64,000 nt of DNA, taken from positions 1-64,000 of IMG/VR virus record IMGVR_UViG_3300046777_002520, one strand, 5' to 3'. Each line of letters opens with the position of its first letter. Positions within the stretch are counted from its first letter, which is position 1. Made by a program: the position numbers and the translations under genes. Of the stretch, positions 6,794 to 15,370 are shown in pieces. Under the pieces are notes generated by a model. That model was not told the origin of the DNA. It ran no database searches and saw only the letters and a program-made list of their open reading frames with translations. Origin of the DNA: a virus.

Positions 6794-7284
6794 ACATTTT
6801 CATCCTGGACAGGGACACGCAGCTGTGCGCCAGGTATCACCTGGACAAGCACGTGGTGAAGATGCCGCTTGAGTCAGCCCAGCTGCTTTGCACGGCTGTG
6901 CTGGCTCATGGCGGTACTTCGGAATACAAGCCAGCGCACAAGAACCATCCCTGCGCCATCTGGGCAAGGGAGACACAGGAGAACTTCCTGTGGCTGGTAG
7001 ACCTGGGCATAGAGCTATGCCACGAGTATCGACTCAGGTACGGCAAGATCCACAAATGCCTCAAGGTTATCAACAACTGCTTCAGAGTAGCGAAGCTGAT
7101 TCCGTCTGGTGGGCTTACGCCTTTTGCCCAAGCCATGCCAGACAAGTACAAGGCCAAAGACCCTGTCGTAGCCTATAGGGCCTACTACCTTGGAGACAAG
7201 AAAAGCATGGCCTCATGGAAAGACAGGGAGGAACCGGAGTGGTGGGTAAATGTCGAGTCACAACAAGATAGTCAAGTTGTTTGA
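6790..7284 (+). CDS. Pyrimidine-dimer DNA glycosylase / T4 endonuclease V-like protein
   Basis: MNIFILD, DKHVVKMPLESAQLLCT, HKNHPCAIW, EY..RYGK.H motifs. Confidence 0.85.
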   Translation: MNIFILDRDTQLCARYHLDKHVVKMPLESAQLLCTAVLAHGGTSEYKPAHKNHPCAIWARETQENFLWLVDLGIELCHEYRLRYGKIHKCLKVINNCFRVAKLIPSGGLTPFAQAMPDKYKAKDPVVAYRAYYLGDKKSMASWKDREEPEWWVNVESQQDSQVV

Positions 7285-8470
7285 AAGCATCAGGATAGAC
7301 GGCAAAGCAGACAAGGCTCCAGAAGAAGTCGCAGTCAAGCCGAAGAAAAAAGTTTATCTGAAACCGCCAGCAAACTGGTCAGCTTGGAAGCTGGTGGATT
7401 TCATAAAGGAGAACCCAGAATACGCCGGTAACGAAGCTTTCGAAGCACCGATTCTGGCAGATGGTCTGTATATGGCTGGCGGGTACGCCAGCGAGGTAAG
7501 GACAAGCAGGTGGCCGAAGTTTGAGCAGCTTTATTTGCTAGGACCAAACGTAGAACGAAGAAACATATTCACATACAACCACCTGGAAAAGTACATACAA
7601 AAGTTCTTCAGCCCTACCGAAAGAAGCGATGAGCTAGAAAGCTCAGTAACCAAAGCGCTGAATAAGTTTAAGCGAAGGCTTAACTTGGCAAAGACGAGTG
7701 ACCAGTATCTGTTCAAACTTGTCAGTCAAGATATTCAACAAATTACTTTCACAGAAATAAGGAAAGCCGTTATATACGGCCAAGCCTGTGGTCTAGAGTG
7801 GATGACAAATCAAGCAAAAGAATTGTTTTTCTCTTTCTGGGAACTGATTGTTAGCAGGCTTGCTGAACTGCCAGTAACGCAAGAAGACGTAAACGCGTAT
7901 TGCTCATACAGAGAAGGAGGTTTGGCTTCGGAGTTTAGTGTGGTAAAGCTTTACCAGCGACTGGTTAGTATGAACGAAGGCAATATGCCTGACATGCTGG
8001 ATAAGCTTGTAACCGAATGGACGGATAGGCTTACAGATTTGTTTATAAACGCAATTAAAGTCTCAGCCAGGTTTGATAACGAAACAGAACTTAAAGCGCA
8101 TAAAAGTTGCTACCGCATTGTCAGGGAAGTAGGTGGTGTACTTAAAGAACTGAAGGTTTTCCCAGAAAAACTGCAAAAGGCTTTAGAGGACCAGCCTCAC
8201 TTCTGGTTTAACTATGTGAGTATGTGTGCAGCACAAGACAAAGTAATAGACGAAGAAATGCTAACTAAACTTAGCATTATGTACTGTGAAGCTATAAGAC
8301 AGGTGGTGAGTGGGGAAAGTGGCTACGCGTCTAGAAGTTTGCAAGACTGTGTTACAGATTTCTTTCAGTATTTGGCAAAGTGCAAACGCAGGTCAGAAAG
8401 AATTGAAGAGACTCTGCTGAGCCTGGACAATCTGGACCTGGCCAAGGAGTACGCCAGTGCCTTCAAGTAA
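7250..8470 (+). CDS. Hypothetical alpha-helical protein
   Basis: 406-aa ORF overlapping its neighbours. Confidence 0.75.
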   Translation: MSSHNKIVKLFESIRIDGKADKAPEEVAVKPKKKVYLKPPANWSAWKLVDFIKENPEYAGNEAFEAPILADGLYMAGGYASEVRTSRWPKFEQLYLLGPNVERRNIFTYNHLEKYIQKFFSPTERSDELESSVTKALNKFKRRLNLAKTSDQYLFKLVSQDIQQITFTEIRKAVIYGQACGLEWMTNQAKELFFSFWELIVSRLAELPVTQEDVNAYCSYREGGLASEFSVVKLYQRLVSMNEGNMPDMLDKLVTEWTDRLTDLFINAIKVSARFDNETELKAHKSCYRIVREVGGVLKELKVFPEKLQKALEDQPHFWFNYVSMCAAQDKVIDEEMLTKLSIMYCEAIRQVVSGESGYASRSLQDCVTDFFQYLAKCKRRSERIEETLLSLDNLDLAKEYASAFK

Positions 8471-8765
8471 ACCCAAAACCATCATCCACGTAAACCAGCA
8501 CGTCATCAGAAGCAACAAAAAGAAAGGAGAGCAGCAACCAGTCTTAACGGTTAAGACGGGAACCGACAACACCTATGCCCACGAGGTGTACATCGATGGG
8601 CCATGTAGAGTGATTTACCGACCGGACAAGCCATTGTCCTGCGGTGCCCGAGTCTGGATAGAGACGACGGGCGAAGTAACAACCAAACGCTTCTCGTCTG
8701 CAGGAAACGCAGAAGGGGAAGAAAAAGGAACTACCGATGGAAAGCTGGAAAACTGTAAATCCTGA
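8457..8765 (+). CDS. Conserved phage hypothetical protein
   Basis: IIHVNQHVIRSN...PVLTVK...YAHEV.I.GP..VIY.PDKPLSCGARVWIET. Confidence 0.8.
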   Translation: MPSSKPKTIIHVNQHVIRSNKKKGEQQPVLTVKTGTDNTYAHEVYIDGPCRVIYRPDKPLSCGARVWIETTGEVTTKRFSSAGNAEGEEKGTTDGKLENCKS

Positions 8766-9093
8766 TCTTGTGCTAGCCCTGCTTGAGTACTGCGACGGGT
8801 GGAACGTTCTGGACTCGTCTCTGTTGAAAGAGGAAGGGTTTCCAGAACAGCTCGTTGACAGGGTCACAGAAGAGCACAAGAGCAAACAGAACGGCAAAGC
8901 TGCCGTGCTGGACGAGGACTGTCGCAAGGTGGACAGCCTCAAAGGCGTTTTCTGTTTGGACTTGCTGTATGACATCGCAAACGATCTTGAGCTTTCGAGC
9001 GCGATGACCAAGGCAAGAAACAGGTTATGCCAGGAAGAACAGGCTAAGATATTGGTCGGTAGTATTACAAAATATTACTCAAAACCTGAGTAA
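8737..9093 (+). CDS. Hypothetical protein
   Basis: Packed ORF, AAGGA RBS. Confidence 0.7.
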   Translation: MESWKTVNPDLVLALLEYCDGWNVLDSSLLKEEGFPEQLVDRVTEEHKSKQNGKAAVLDEDCRKVDSLKGVFCLDLLYDIANDLELSSAMTKARNRLCQEEQAKILVGSITKYYSKPE

Positions 9094-9130
9094 TATGGTC
9101 TTGGCGAGGATGTAGGACTTGTGCGTTTAT

Positions 9131-9310
9131 TATACTCATCCTTACAGATGAGTATACTAGACACTTTTTTGTCATTGTCTGGGTCCAGACAATGCACAAA
9201 AAATCAGAGTATATTTTATTTTCATAAAATAAAATAAAAGCACAACTTCTACATTTCCGCTTTTGATCGGTTTGCCGATAGTTGACGTATCCTCGCGTTG
9301 GGGATACAGT
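9131..9310. other. Intergenic cluster of inverted repeats (AT-rich)
   Basis: Inverted repeats at 9131-9156, 9173-9194 and 9212-9236, plus shorter ones near 9266-9279 and 9287-9307. Confidence 0.7.
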
Positions 9311-9365
9311 TCTACGTCCCCTAGGTTACCGAAATTGAAACTAGTCCCAGAAAGGAAGACGGCAT

Positions 9366-9761
9366 ATGTCAAGCAACATTAAGGTCCAGAAGGTCAAGCA
9401 TGTTGGTGTTACTCGCAAGTGCGATGACGAGACCTTTGTTCGAGTGTGGGAAACCTATGCTCCCAAAGGCCGTCGTGTGATTGCTGACGCTTTGGGTATG
9501 GCGGTCGTGTCTGTCAATGCTCGATATAAGAAGCTCACATCTTGCGGTGTACGCTTGTCCGAGCCTGCCAAGATTCGACGCATTGTTGATGTCAAGAAAC
9601 TGAATCAGTTGGCCGAGCAAACTCGCCAGCTGGCTCAGCAGCCTGCTGTGACTCCGCACGCGCCTCAAAAATCGCGTGTGGTCGTCGCTGAGACCTCCAG
9701 GCCTCCACTCCCTCGCCCAAGGGTGATGAGCGCTGTGGAGCCCGTTTCTGAAGAAGTGTGA
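9366..9761 (+). CDS. Putative DNA-binding (HTH-like) protein
   Basis: RRVIADALGMAVVSVNARYKKL helix-turn-helix-like segment; basic. Confidence 0.6.
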   Translation: MSSNIKVQKVKHVGVTRKCDDETFVRVWETYAPKGRRVIADALGMAVVSVNARYKKLTSCGVRLSEPAKIRRIVDVKKLNQLAEQTRQLAQQPAVTPHAPQKSRVVVAETSRPPLPRPRVMSAVEPVSEEV

Positions 9762-9783
9762 CGAAGCGGGTTGATGTTTTAGA

Positions 9784-10122
9784 TTGATCCAAAACAGCGT
9801 AGCCTCTAAAAAGGCTACGCTGTTTGTTTATACGAGGGTGAGCATGTCTGAAACGCGGTCTATCCACACCGTTGTCACGCGTAACGCCACGGACAGCCAC
9901 ACAAGTGGCAAGTGGCATTTCCCAGAAGACGTGACGCCAAACCACTGGTATATCGGCATTTACTTTGGAGATAGAACTCCTTATCTGCTTAAGTGGGACA
10001 AGCACTTGTGGCGCGACAGCGCTGGCAGGCCCATGGCTGTGCCAATGCGGATCAAAGGTGTTGGAGAGTTTCCAAAGCTGTCCAAGGAAGAAAAAGTTTC
10101 GGAGGAGAAGCAATGCCTCTAG
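9784..10122 (+). CDS. Hypothetical protein
   Basis: ORF; start uncertain (possibly ATG 9844). Confidence 0.6.
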   Translation: MIQNSVASKKATLFVYTRVSMSETRSIHTVVTRNATDSHTSGKWHFPEDVTPNHWYIGIYFGDRTPYLLKWDKHLWRDSAGRPMAVPMRIKGVGEFPKLSKEEKVSEEKQCL

Positions 10123-10343
10123 TCGCTTCAACAGACGCAGTGATCGACTACCTGGTCGAGGCTTACAGAGAAGCTTTGGAAGATGACGGCGACCTGGTGG
10201 CTTCAGAGCTTGAGGGCTCCGTCAACGGAACTATTTCAGCAGTGTACGACTCAGACGCTGACGTCGTTTCCGTAAACTGCGACCCGGCAAAGCTACAGGA
10301 AGTTTTGCCCGTTTCCCAGCGAAATCTCTTTAAGTCTACCTAA
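10113..10343 (+). CDS. Hypothetical acidic protein
   Basis: Start moved to ATG 10113 after GGAGGAG. Confidence 0.65.
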   Translation: MPLVASTDAVIDYLVEAYREALEDDGDLVASELEGSVNGTISAVYDSDADVVSVNCDPAKLQEVLPVSQRNLFKST

Positions 10344-10386
10344 CCGCGACACAAAACAGTTTGTATAGGTTTTAAACTTAAATTGC

Positions 10387-10728
10387 ATGGAGAGAGTTAT
10401 GGAAAGCTTTGATTTGTTAACGCTAGCGGCTGCAGAGAAATTTGAAACCAACATTGTTGTTGACAAGTTTGAAAAAGTTGACGGAGAGTGGACCTTTGAA
10501 CTTAAAGACGGCAGCTGGTACCCGCTTAGCAATAACCCTGAAAAGTTTTTGGGTGAGCTGATTCACATGCTTCAAAAGACTTGGTTCACTGCAAGAGACG
10601 CTCAGGTTCTTATTGACTGGGCCACGCTTAAGTTTGGTTGGAAAATTCACGAAGGTGACTGGCCTCACATCCCTTGCGGGCTAAGGTCTGCCTTAGAAAA
10701 TCCAGACAACCTTAGCGCCAATCAGTAA
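10387..10728 (+). CDS. Hypothetical protein
   Basis: ORF in the + strand gene run. Confidence 0.65.
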   Translation: MERVMESFDLLTLAAAEKFETNIVVDKFEKVDGEWTFELKDGSWYPLSNNPEKFLGELIHMLQKTWFTARDAQVLIDWATLKFGWKIHEGDWPHIPCGLRSALENPDNLSANQ

Positions 10729-10756
10729 CCGATCTAGCGTTTAACGCTTAAAACCA

Positions 10757-10872
10757 AACCCTGTCGTCTAATTGAGGCCTGCCTCAGCTAAGCGAGCGTA
10801 CCGCCTAATAGCTGCTGCGAGGACACCCCCAGTGCGTAAGGGGAAATGAGGGTTTGAGTCCCTCCAGGGTTT
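10757..10872 (+). ncRNA. tRNA-like element with a ~50-nt D-loop insertion and a non-canonical anticodon loop
   Basis: Acceptor AACCCTG/CAGGGTT; D stem GTCT/GGAC; CCCC/GGGG anticodon-like stem; T arm GAGGG-TTTGAGT-CCCTC. Confidence 0.55.
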
Positions 10873-10892
10873 CAGCTTGAGGAAAACGATTT

Positions 10893-11105
10893 ATGAGCAA
10901 TAGTTTCAAACAGTTCAGGGTGACATGGCAACAAAAACCGTATGCCTACAATCCTAAACGGGTTGTTTTTGTAAGAGCCAAAAGCAGTGAGGACGCGCAA
11001 ATTTTGGCTAAAAATCACATTGAACAGCAAGGGTTAGAAAAATCTGAGTTTAGTGTAATGAGTGTATCTGATGTAGACCCTCTTCCAGCAGGTGAAATAC
11101 TTTAA
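10893..11105 (+). CDS. Hypothetical protein
   Basis: GAGGA RBS. Confidence 0.65.
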   Translation: MSNSFKQFRVTWQQKPYAYNPKRVVFVRAKSSEDAQILAKNHIEQQGLEKSEFSVMSVSDVDPLPAGEIL

Positions 11106-11174
11106 CGTTACAGGGCTTTGGTTATACCAGGAAATCTAATACGAAATTAAACCCTATACAGCCGAGCACTTTAA

Positions 11175-11414
11175 ATGAGCCGTTTAAAGAAATCTAAATA
11201 CAACTGGCAACACGTCGTGGCCCACTGGGAAGAAGTTGTCTTCAGACTTTGCGACGAGCTCACGCCTCACGACATACTAAAAGAAGTCGCAAATTATCTT
11301 GAGTCCGCAGTCTCAGAGTGTCAGGCTTTGAAGTTTAACCCTTCAAAATTTTCAAAAGCTTTGAAACACATAAACAAAGCTTTAACCGAAATAGATCCAA
11401 CTGATGAGGATTAG
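11175..11414 (+). CDS. Hypothetical protein
   Basis: ORF in gene run. Confidence 0.6.
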   Translation: MSRLKKSKYNWQHVVAHWEEVVFRLCDELTPHDILKEVANYLESAVSECQALKFNPSKFSKALKHINKALTEIDPTDED

Positions 11415-11420
11415 TCGCCA

Positions 11421-12119
11421 ATGAAATCAACTATTGTTTTTAGGTTGTTTAAAGACAAAAGTCTTACTGAAATGTATTCTGCTGCTGCTTCCTCTGAAGC
11501 TATAAAAAAGTTTTTAAAACCCTGGATGAAAATAAAACACGAACCTTACGATGGCGTAGAGGTTTGCAAAATAGACGTATACGAAGAAAACGATCCAGGG
11601 GCTGCTCTGTGTGAATGTTTTGCAGAAGGATTTATTGTTAGCAGCACTGACGAACTAACTTGTTTAAACATAGCGAGAAGTGAGTTAGGCTATTATGACT
11701 TTTTTGAAGAAAGCAGCAACCTAGACGTTAATCATTCTGAAAAGCTTAGGGTGTTAGCTAGGTACATGCTTAACGGTGCCGATTTGCACATGGCGCACGT
11801 TAGACTTAGAAAGGAAAAGGGAGAAGAACTGGATTTCGATAAGCTTAAAGACAACAAGTGCCACTTTGTTTACTGGTTGACGAAGATGAGGAACTTGTCA
11901 AAAGAAGAAGCAATAGCCGTTGTAGACCGAGATATACCAGAACTTGCTGGAGCTAGCTCTGAGTTTTCTGACTACACACAAGTTGATCTTAGCAACTTAA
12001 AGGTAAACCCAGACAATGCCCACGAGATCATACTAAGGTTGTGTGGACCAAATGTAGCTAGGAAAGCTGGCTGGACAGGTTTAACCGACAGCGAGTACGA
12101 CAAACTTTTTAACGGCTAA
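11421..12119 (+). CDS. Hypothetical protein
   Basis: 232-aa ORF. Confidence 0.75.
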   Translation: MKSTIVFRLFKDKSLTEMYSAAASSEAIKKFLKPWMKIKHEPYDGVEVCKIDVYEENDPGAALCECFAEGFIVSSTDELTCLNIARSELGYYDFFEESSNLDVNHSEKLRVLARYMLNGADLHMAHVRLRKEKGEELDFDKLKDNKCHFVYWLTKMRNLSKEEAIAVVDRDIPELAGASSEFSDYTQVDLSNLKVNPDNAHEIILRLCGPNVARKAGWTGLTDSEYDKLFNG

Positions 12120-12132
12120 TCTGAGACTAACG

Positions 12133-12432
12133 ATGCTGCACCGCATATCTCACGGTTATTTTATTCAACGGTTTGACGAAAAGGAAAAAAGGTGGGTTGA
12201 CCAGGAGTTTGTCAGCACAGGCGACTACTCCTGGGAAACCGCTGAGGGTGAGCTTGTAGAAATTGAAGAGATCCTGTTCGACGATCCAGTGCTGCCGACG
12301 GACGCAGCTCAATACCCACACGGCGTTGGGTCTGAGTTTGACGGGACTTGTCCTCAATGCGGTTCAGAGGACTTGGCAGAACAGTACAACTTGCATACAT
12401 GTAGAAACTGTTCTTTTGCTTTCCTTGTTTGA
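12133..12432 (+). CDS. Hypothetical protein with C-terminal Zn ribbon
   Basis: CPQCGS...CRNC. Confidence 0.7.
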   Translation: MLHRISHGYFIQRFDEKEKRWVDQEFVSTGDYSWETAEGELVEIEEILFDDPVLPTDAAQYPHGVGSEFDGTCPQCGSEDLAEQYNLHTCRNCSFAFLV

Positions 12433-12444
12433 CCAGGAGGCTTT

Positions 12445-12885
12445 GTGGAACAGAAGCTAGGTGATTCTGGGTGGGTGTCTGGTAACGCTGAAGACTTTTT
12501 AAAATTGACGCCTGAGGAAGCAGCGCAGGTTAACATCCAGTTCCACAGGGGAAAACTGGACGAGGACTATCTGGCTCTGCTGGAAAAGCTGCACAGCCAA
12601 GCTACTCCAGGTGAGTGGTATCCCCGCGCAGGGGATGACGACATGTGCATGAACGCACGCTGGATCAGCACTGATCCAGGCAAAGGCTTCCAGCACGACG
12701 GCCTTATCTACGACCACGACTCAACCAAGTGCGTCGCTATCACGCTTTTGCAGTCTCCCAGACTGGCAGACGTTTGTGACGCTTACGACTACAACCTGAT
12801 GTTCATCTGCGAAGCCAAACAGGCTGTTCCCAGATTGATAGCTGAAATCAGAAGGCTTAGGGCAGAACTCAAAGACAAGGAGTAA
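12445..12885 (+). CDS. Ead/Ea22-like phage protein
   Basis: L..L...ATPGEW...FI..A..AVPRLIAEIRRLR pattern. Confidence 0.65.
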   Translation: MEQKLGDSGWVSGNAEDFLKLTPEEAAQVNIQFHRGKLDEDYLALLEKLHSQATPGEWYPRAGDDDMCMNARWISTDPGKGFQHDGLIYDHDSTKCVAITLLQSPRLADVCDAYDYNLMFICEAKQAVPRLIAEIRRLRAELKDKE

Positions 12886-12888
12886 GTC

Positions 12889-13167
12889 TTGGCAGTTAAG
12901 ACTATTAGCAGGAAGCGGATCGAAGAGTATGCCGACGAGACCGAAGCCCAGCTTCTGTTTGCCGACGGCTTCGACTCAGCGATTGTCGGACTGGGCAATC
13001 AGGCAGGACGACCTGAGACCGTTGTTTACGATTACTCCAGGTGCGTCGGTATCCTGATGGCGCGAGACGGCATGTCCTACGAGGAAGCCGTCGAGTACAT
13101 GGAGTTCAACGTTGTCAGCGCGTGGGTCGGTGACAACACGCCGACGTTTATTAGGACAACCATTTGA
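12889..13167 (+). CDS. Conserved phage hypothetical protein
   Basis: DGFDSAIVG...VYDY...GMSYEEAVEYMEFNV..AWVG..TP. Confidence 0.8.
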   Translation: MAVKTISRKRIEEYADETEAQLLFADGFDSAIVGLGNQAGRPETVVYDYSRCVGILMARDGMSYEEAVEYMEFNVVSAWVGDNTPTFIRTTI

Positions 13168-13181
13168 CTGGAGGAGCCAGC

Positions 13182-13541
13182 ATGAGCGCTGTTGTTTCGT
13201 CTGTTGTCCTGCACAAAGTCGGCAAGTCAGAAGTTAAGCTCAACGACCTTCTGACTTCCGACTCTCCCAATTTTGTTTGGATCGTGTACGATTATTCTGC
13301 CTCCCAGTTCGAGGGATACGGCAAGGCTATTGGCAAGTCGGCAGACACTGGGGAGCTTTGGTACAAGTTCCTGGATCACTGCTCGTGTCACTACCTCAAC
13401 ACCGAGCTAGACGGCTCGACTGTCAGGGAGTGGCAGCGCATGTCCAATACGGCTATCTCTGAGTTCTTTTACCCGACGCACGCTTTGGAGGACGATGCCA
13501 ACCTCAGGGAAGCAGTCTTCAAACTGGTGTCTAATTCTTGA
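13182..13541 (+). CDS. Hypothetical protein
   Basis: Start moved to ATG 13182 after GGAGGAG. Confidence 0.7.
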   Translation: MSAVVSSVVLHKVGKSEVKLNDLLTSDSPNFVWIVYDYSASQFEGYGKAIGKSADTGELWYKFLDHCSCHYLNTELDGSTVREWQRMSNTAISEFFYPTHALEDDANLREAVFKLVSNS

Positions 13542-13556
13542 CGCCATGAGGACGCT

Positions 13557-14315
13557 ATGGATGCCGAGTTCAAACTGAAGTCTTTCAAGCGCAACGCTTA
13601 CTTCAGATGCAAGTCTGTCAGTCTGTTCAAAAAGACCGTGAAGACAAAACAGGAGCTCAAGCTAAACCTGGGCAAGATCATAACCTTGTGGCGCATAAAG
13701 ACCTACAAGCTTATGAAGTACGGCATGTTCTCAGATAATCCCGTGCGGGTCCAGTACCTGAGGAACTGCCCTCCCAGCATCGGCAAGTTTGAGAAAACAA
13801 AGGATTCCCTGCGGTCCTGCAAGTTCTACTCCTGCCCCTGGTGCTGGCTGAGAAAGTACTCTTCGGGCGTTCTCAAGCGAATGCTCAAAGTAGACAACTT
13901 CATGTTCTACTCGATGTACAAGAAGGTCCGGTACGAAAGCAAAGACGTAAGGAACAGCGTCAAGCTGTACAGGGAGGCGCTGCAGGACGCCTCTGCCCTT
14001 TCCAGAAAGCTCACGCGTCGCAAGAACGTTGTGGGTGGTTTCAGCCTAGTGTACTTCGAGCCAGCCAAAGACGGATTCAGTCTGGTGACTAGGCTTCTGA
14101 TCGCCAGCCCTTCAGAGTCTTTTGTTCCTCTGGAGGAGTTCACACCAAACCTGGCATCGAGAAACAAAGTCAGAGCTGCGTTCGTCTTTGGTTTTTACCC
14201 ATTCAACTTCCTGAGCTCCAAAGTCGGAGCCAAGAAGCTTGTTTACTTCATCAAGAACAAAACGAAGTACGACAAGGGCTTCAAGGCCTTTGGCGTTTTT
14301 TACGGCAAGACCTGA
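13557..14315 (+). CDS. Basic hypothetical protein with a Cys cluster (CKFYSCPWC)
   Basis: Lys/Arg-rich; possible Zn-binding motif. Confidence 0.7.
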   Translation: MDAEFKLKSFKRNAYFRCKSVSLFKKTVKTKQELKLNLGKIITLWRIKTYKLMKYGMFSDNPVRVQYLRNCPPSIGKFEKTKDSLRSCKFYSCPWCWLRKYSSGVLKRMLKVDNFMFYSMYKKVRYESKDVRNSVKLYREALQDASALSRKLTRRKNVVGGFSLVYFEPAKDGFSLVTRLLIASPSESFVPLEEFTPNLASRNKVRAAFVFGFYPFNFLSSKVGAKKLVYFIKNKTKYDKGFKAFGVFYGKT

Positions 14316-14324
14316 GGGTGCTCC

Positions 14325-14654
14325 ATGCACGTAACGGTAGATCACAATCCCGACGACCCAACGCTTATCAGCAGGCACTTTGAAAACCCGTTCAATCGTC
14401 TTGACGACATTCGCAAGAGGATCAAGACGTCCTATCTGGACATCACTATCAAATCACCGCACGTTGAGAAGTATCTCTACGAGCTTTATTACGACATGGT
14501 TTTCCTGAAGAACCTGCTGGTGGCTCTGGGAGTCTTTGACGACGAGGTTGTCAGCGCAGACTATCCAAACGCCGCAGGACTTGAGAAAGTTGTTGAAGCT
14601 ATTCGTAAAAAGCTATTGAAAGCTAATGTTGACAGTCCAGGTTCGGTTAATTAA
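14325..14654 (+). CDS. Hypothetical protein
   Basis: GAGGG RBS. Confidence 0.7.
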   Translation: MHVTVDHNPDDPTLISRHFENPFNRLDDIRKRIKTSYLDITIKSPHVEKYLYELYYDMVFLKNLLVALGVFDDEVVSADYPNAAGLEKVVEAIRKKLLKANVDSPGSVN

Positions 14655-14659
14655 AACTA

Positions 14660-15169
14660 TTGCAGTTCGTTCAGATAGGCCTGAGCAAACAAACTCAGGC
14701 CTATTTTTTTATGGGTCAGATTATGCAGCCGTCTATTGAAGACTTTCTCAAGACTTTCGTAGACAGACACTTCAAAGTCGTTGTTCCACATATACCTTAT
14801 CTGCCTTCAGATCAGGAAGTAAAAGTAAACTACAGCCAAGTGAAGGACGACCGAGAGATATATGCGTTTATCAAGCTTAAAACATTTCCGTTAGACGATC
14901 AGACATACACATATGAAGAAGCAATAGACGTACTTGAAATATTCAACAGTAGATGGCAGCATACAAGAGCAGACCCCTGGACGGAGCCATACGCCAAGGC
15001 TATGGGTACTCCAGAAGTCACGTTTACGCTAACCGAGTTCAGAAACTATAAAGACGCGTCAGTGATGCTTGAGAAGTTCTGCAGGAATCGTAAGCGCAAA
15101 GACGGTCTGGGTGGCAGACTGTTTGCCCATAGCGAAGAACTCGAAGATCACGAAGATATGTCTGACTGA
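14660..15169 (+). CDS. Hypothetical protein
   Basis: ORF; start uncertain (possibly ATG 14711). Confidence 0.65.
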   Translation: MQFVQIGLSKQTQAYFFMGQIMQPSIEDFLKTFVDRHFKVVVPHIPYLPSDQEVKVNYSQVKDDREIYAFIKLKTFPLDDQTYTYEEAIDVLEIFNSRWQHTRADPWTEPYAKAMGTPEVTFTLTEFRNYKDASVMLEKFCRNRKRKDGLGGRLFAHSEELEDHEDMSD

Positions 15170-15181
15170 GGTTCACATGGA

Positions 15182-15358
15182 ATGAAAGATAAGGGGTACT
15201 TTCCTAACAGGAAGCCAGGCGAACGCAACTGTCTCAAGTGCGGCAAAAAGTTCAAGTCGTACGACATGACTGCAAACAGAATATGCGGCAACTGCAGCGA
15301 CTCCAACTCAAGAGAAAGAACTCCCAGAGTCTTCAAGTGTGACAACGGTGACGGTTAA
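15182..15358 (+). CDS. Small Zn-finger protein (58 aa, below the ORF-track cutoff)
   Basis: MKDKGYFPNRKPGERNCLKCGKKFKSYDMTANRICGNC: two CxxC pairs. Confidence 0.65.
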   Translation: MKDKGYFPNRKPGERNCLKCGKKFKSYDMTANRICGNCSDSNSRERTPRVFKCDNGDG

Positions 15359-15370
15359 GAAAGGGCTAAC

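Noticed and set aside
13557-14315. IS91/rolling-circle Rep-like transposase
   Set aside because: Has a Cys cluster but no clear HUH or catalytic Tyr motif and no element ends.
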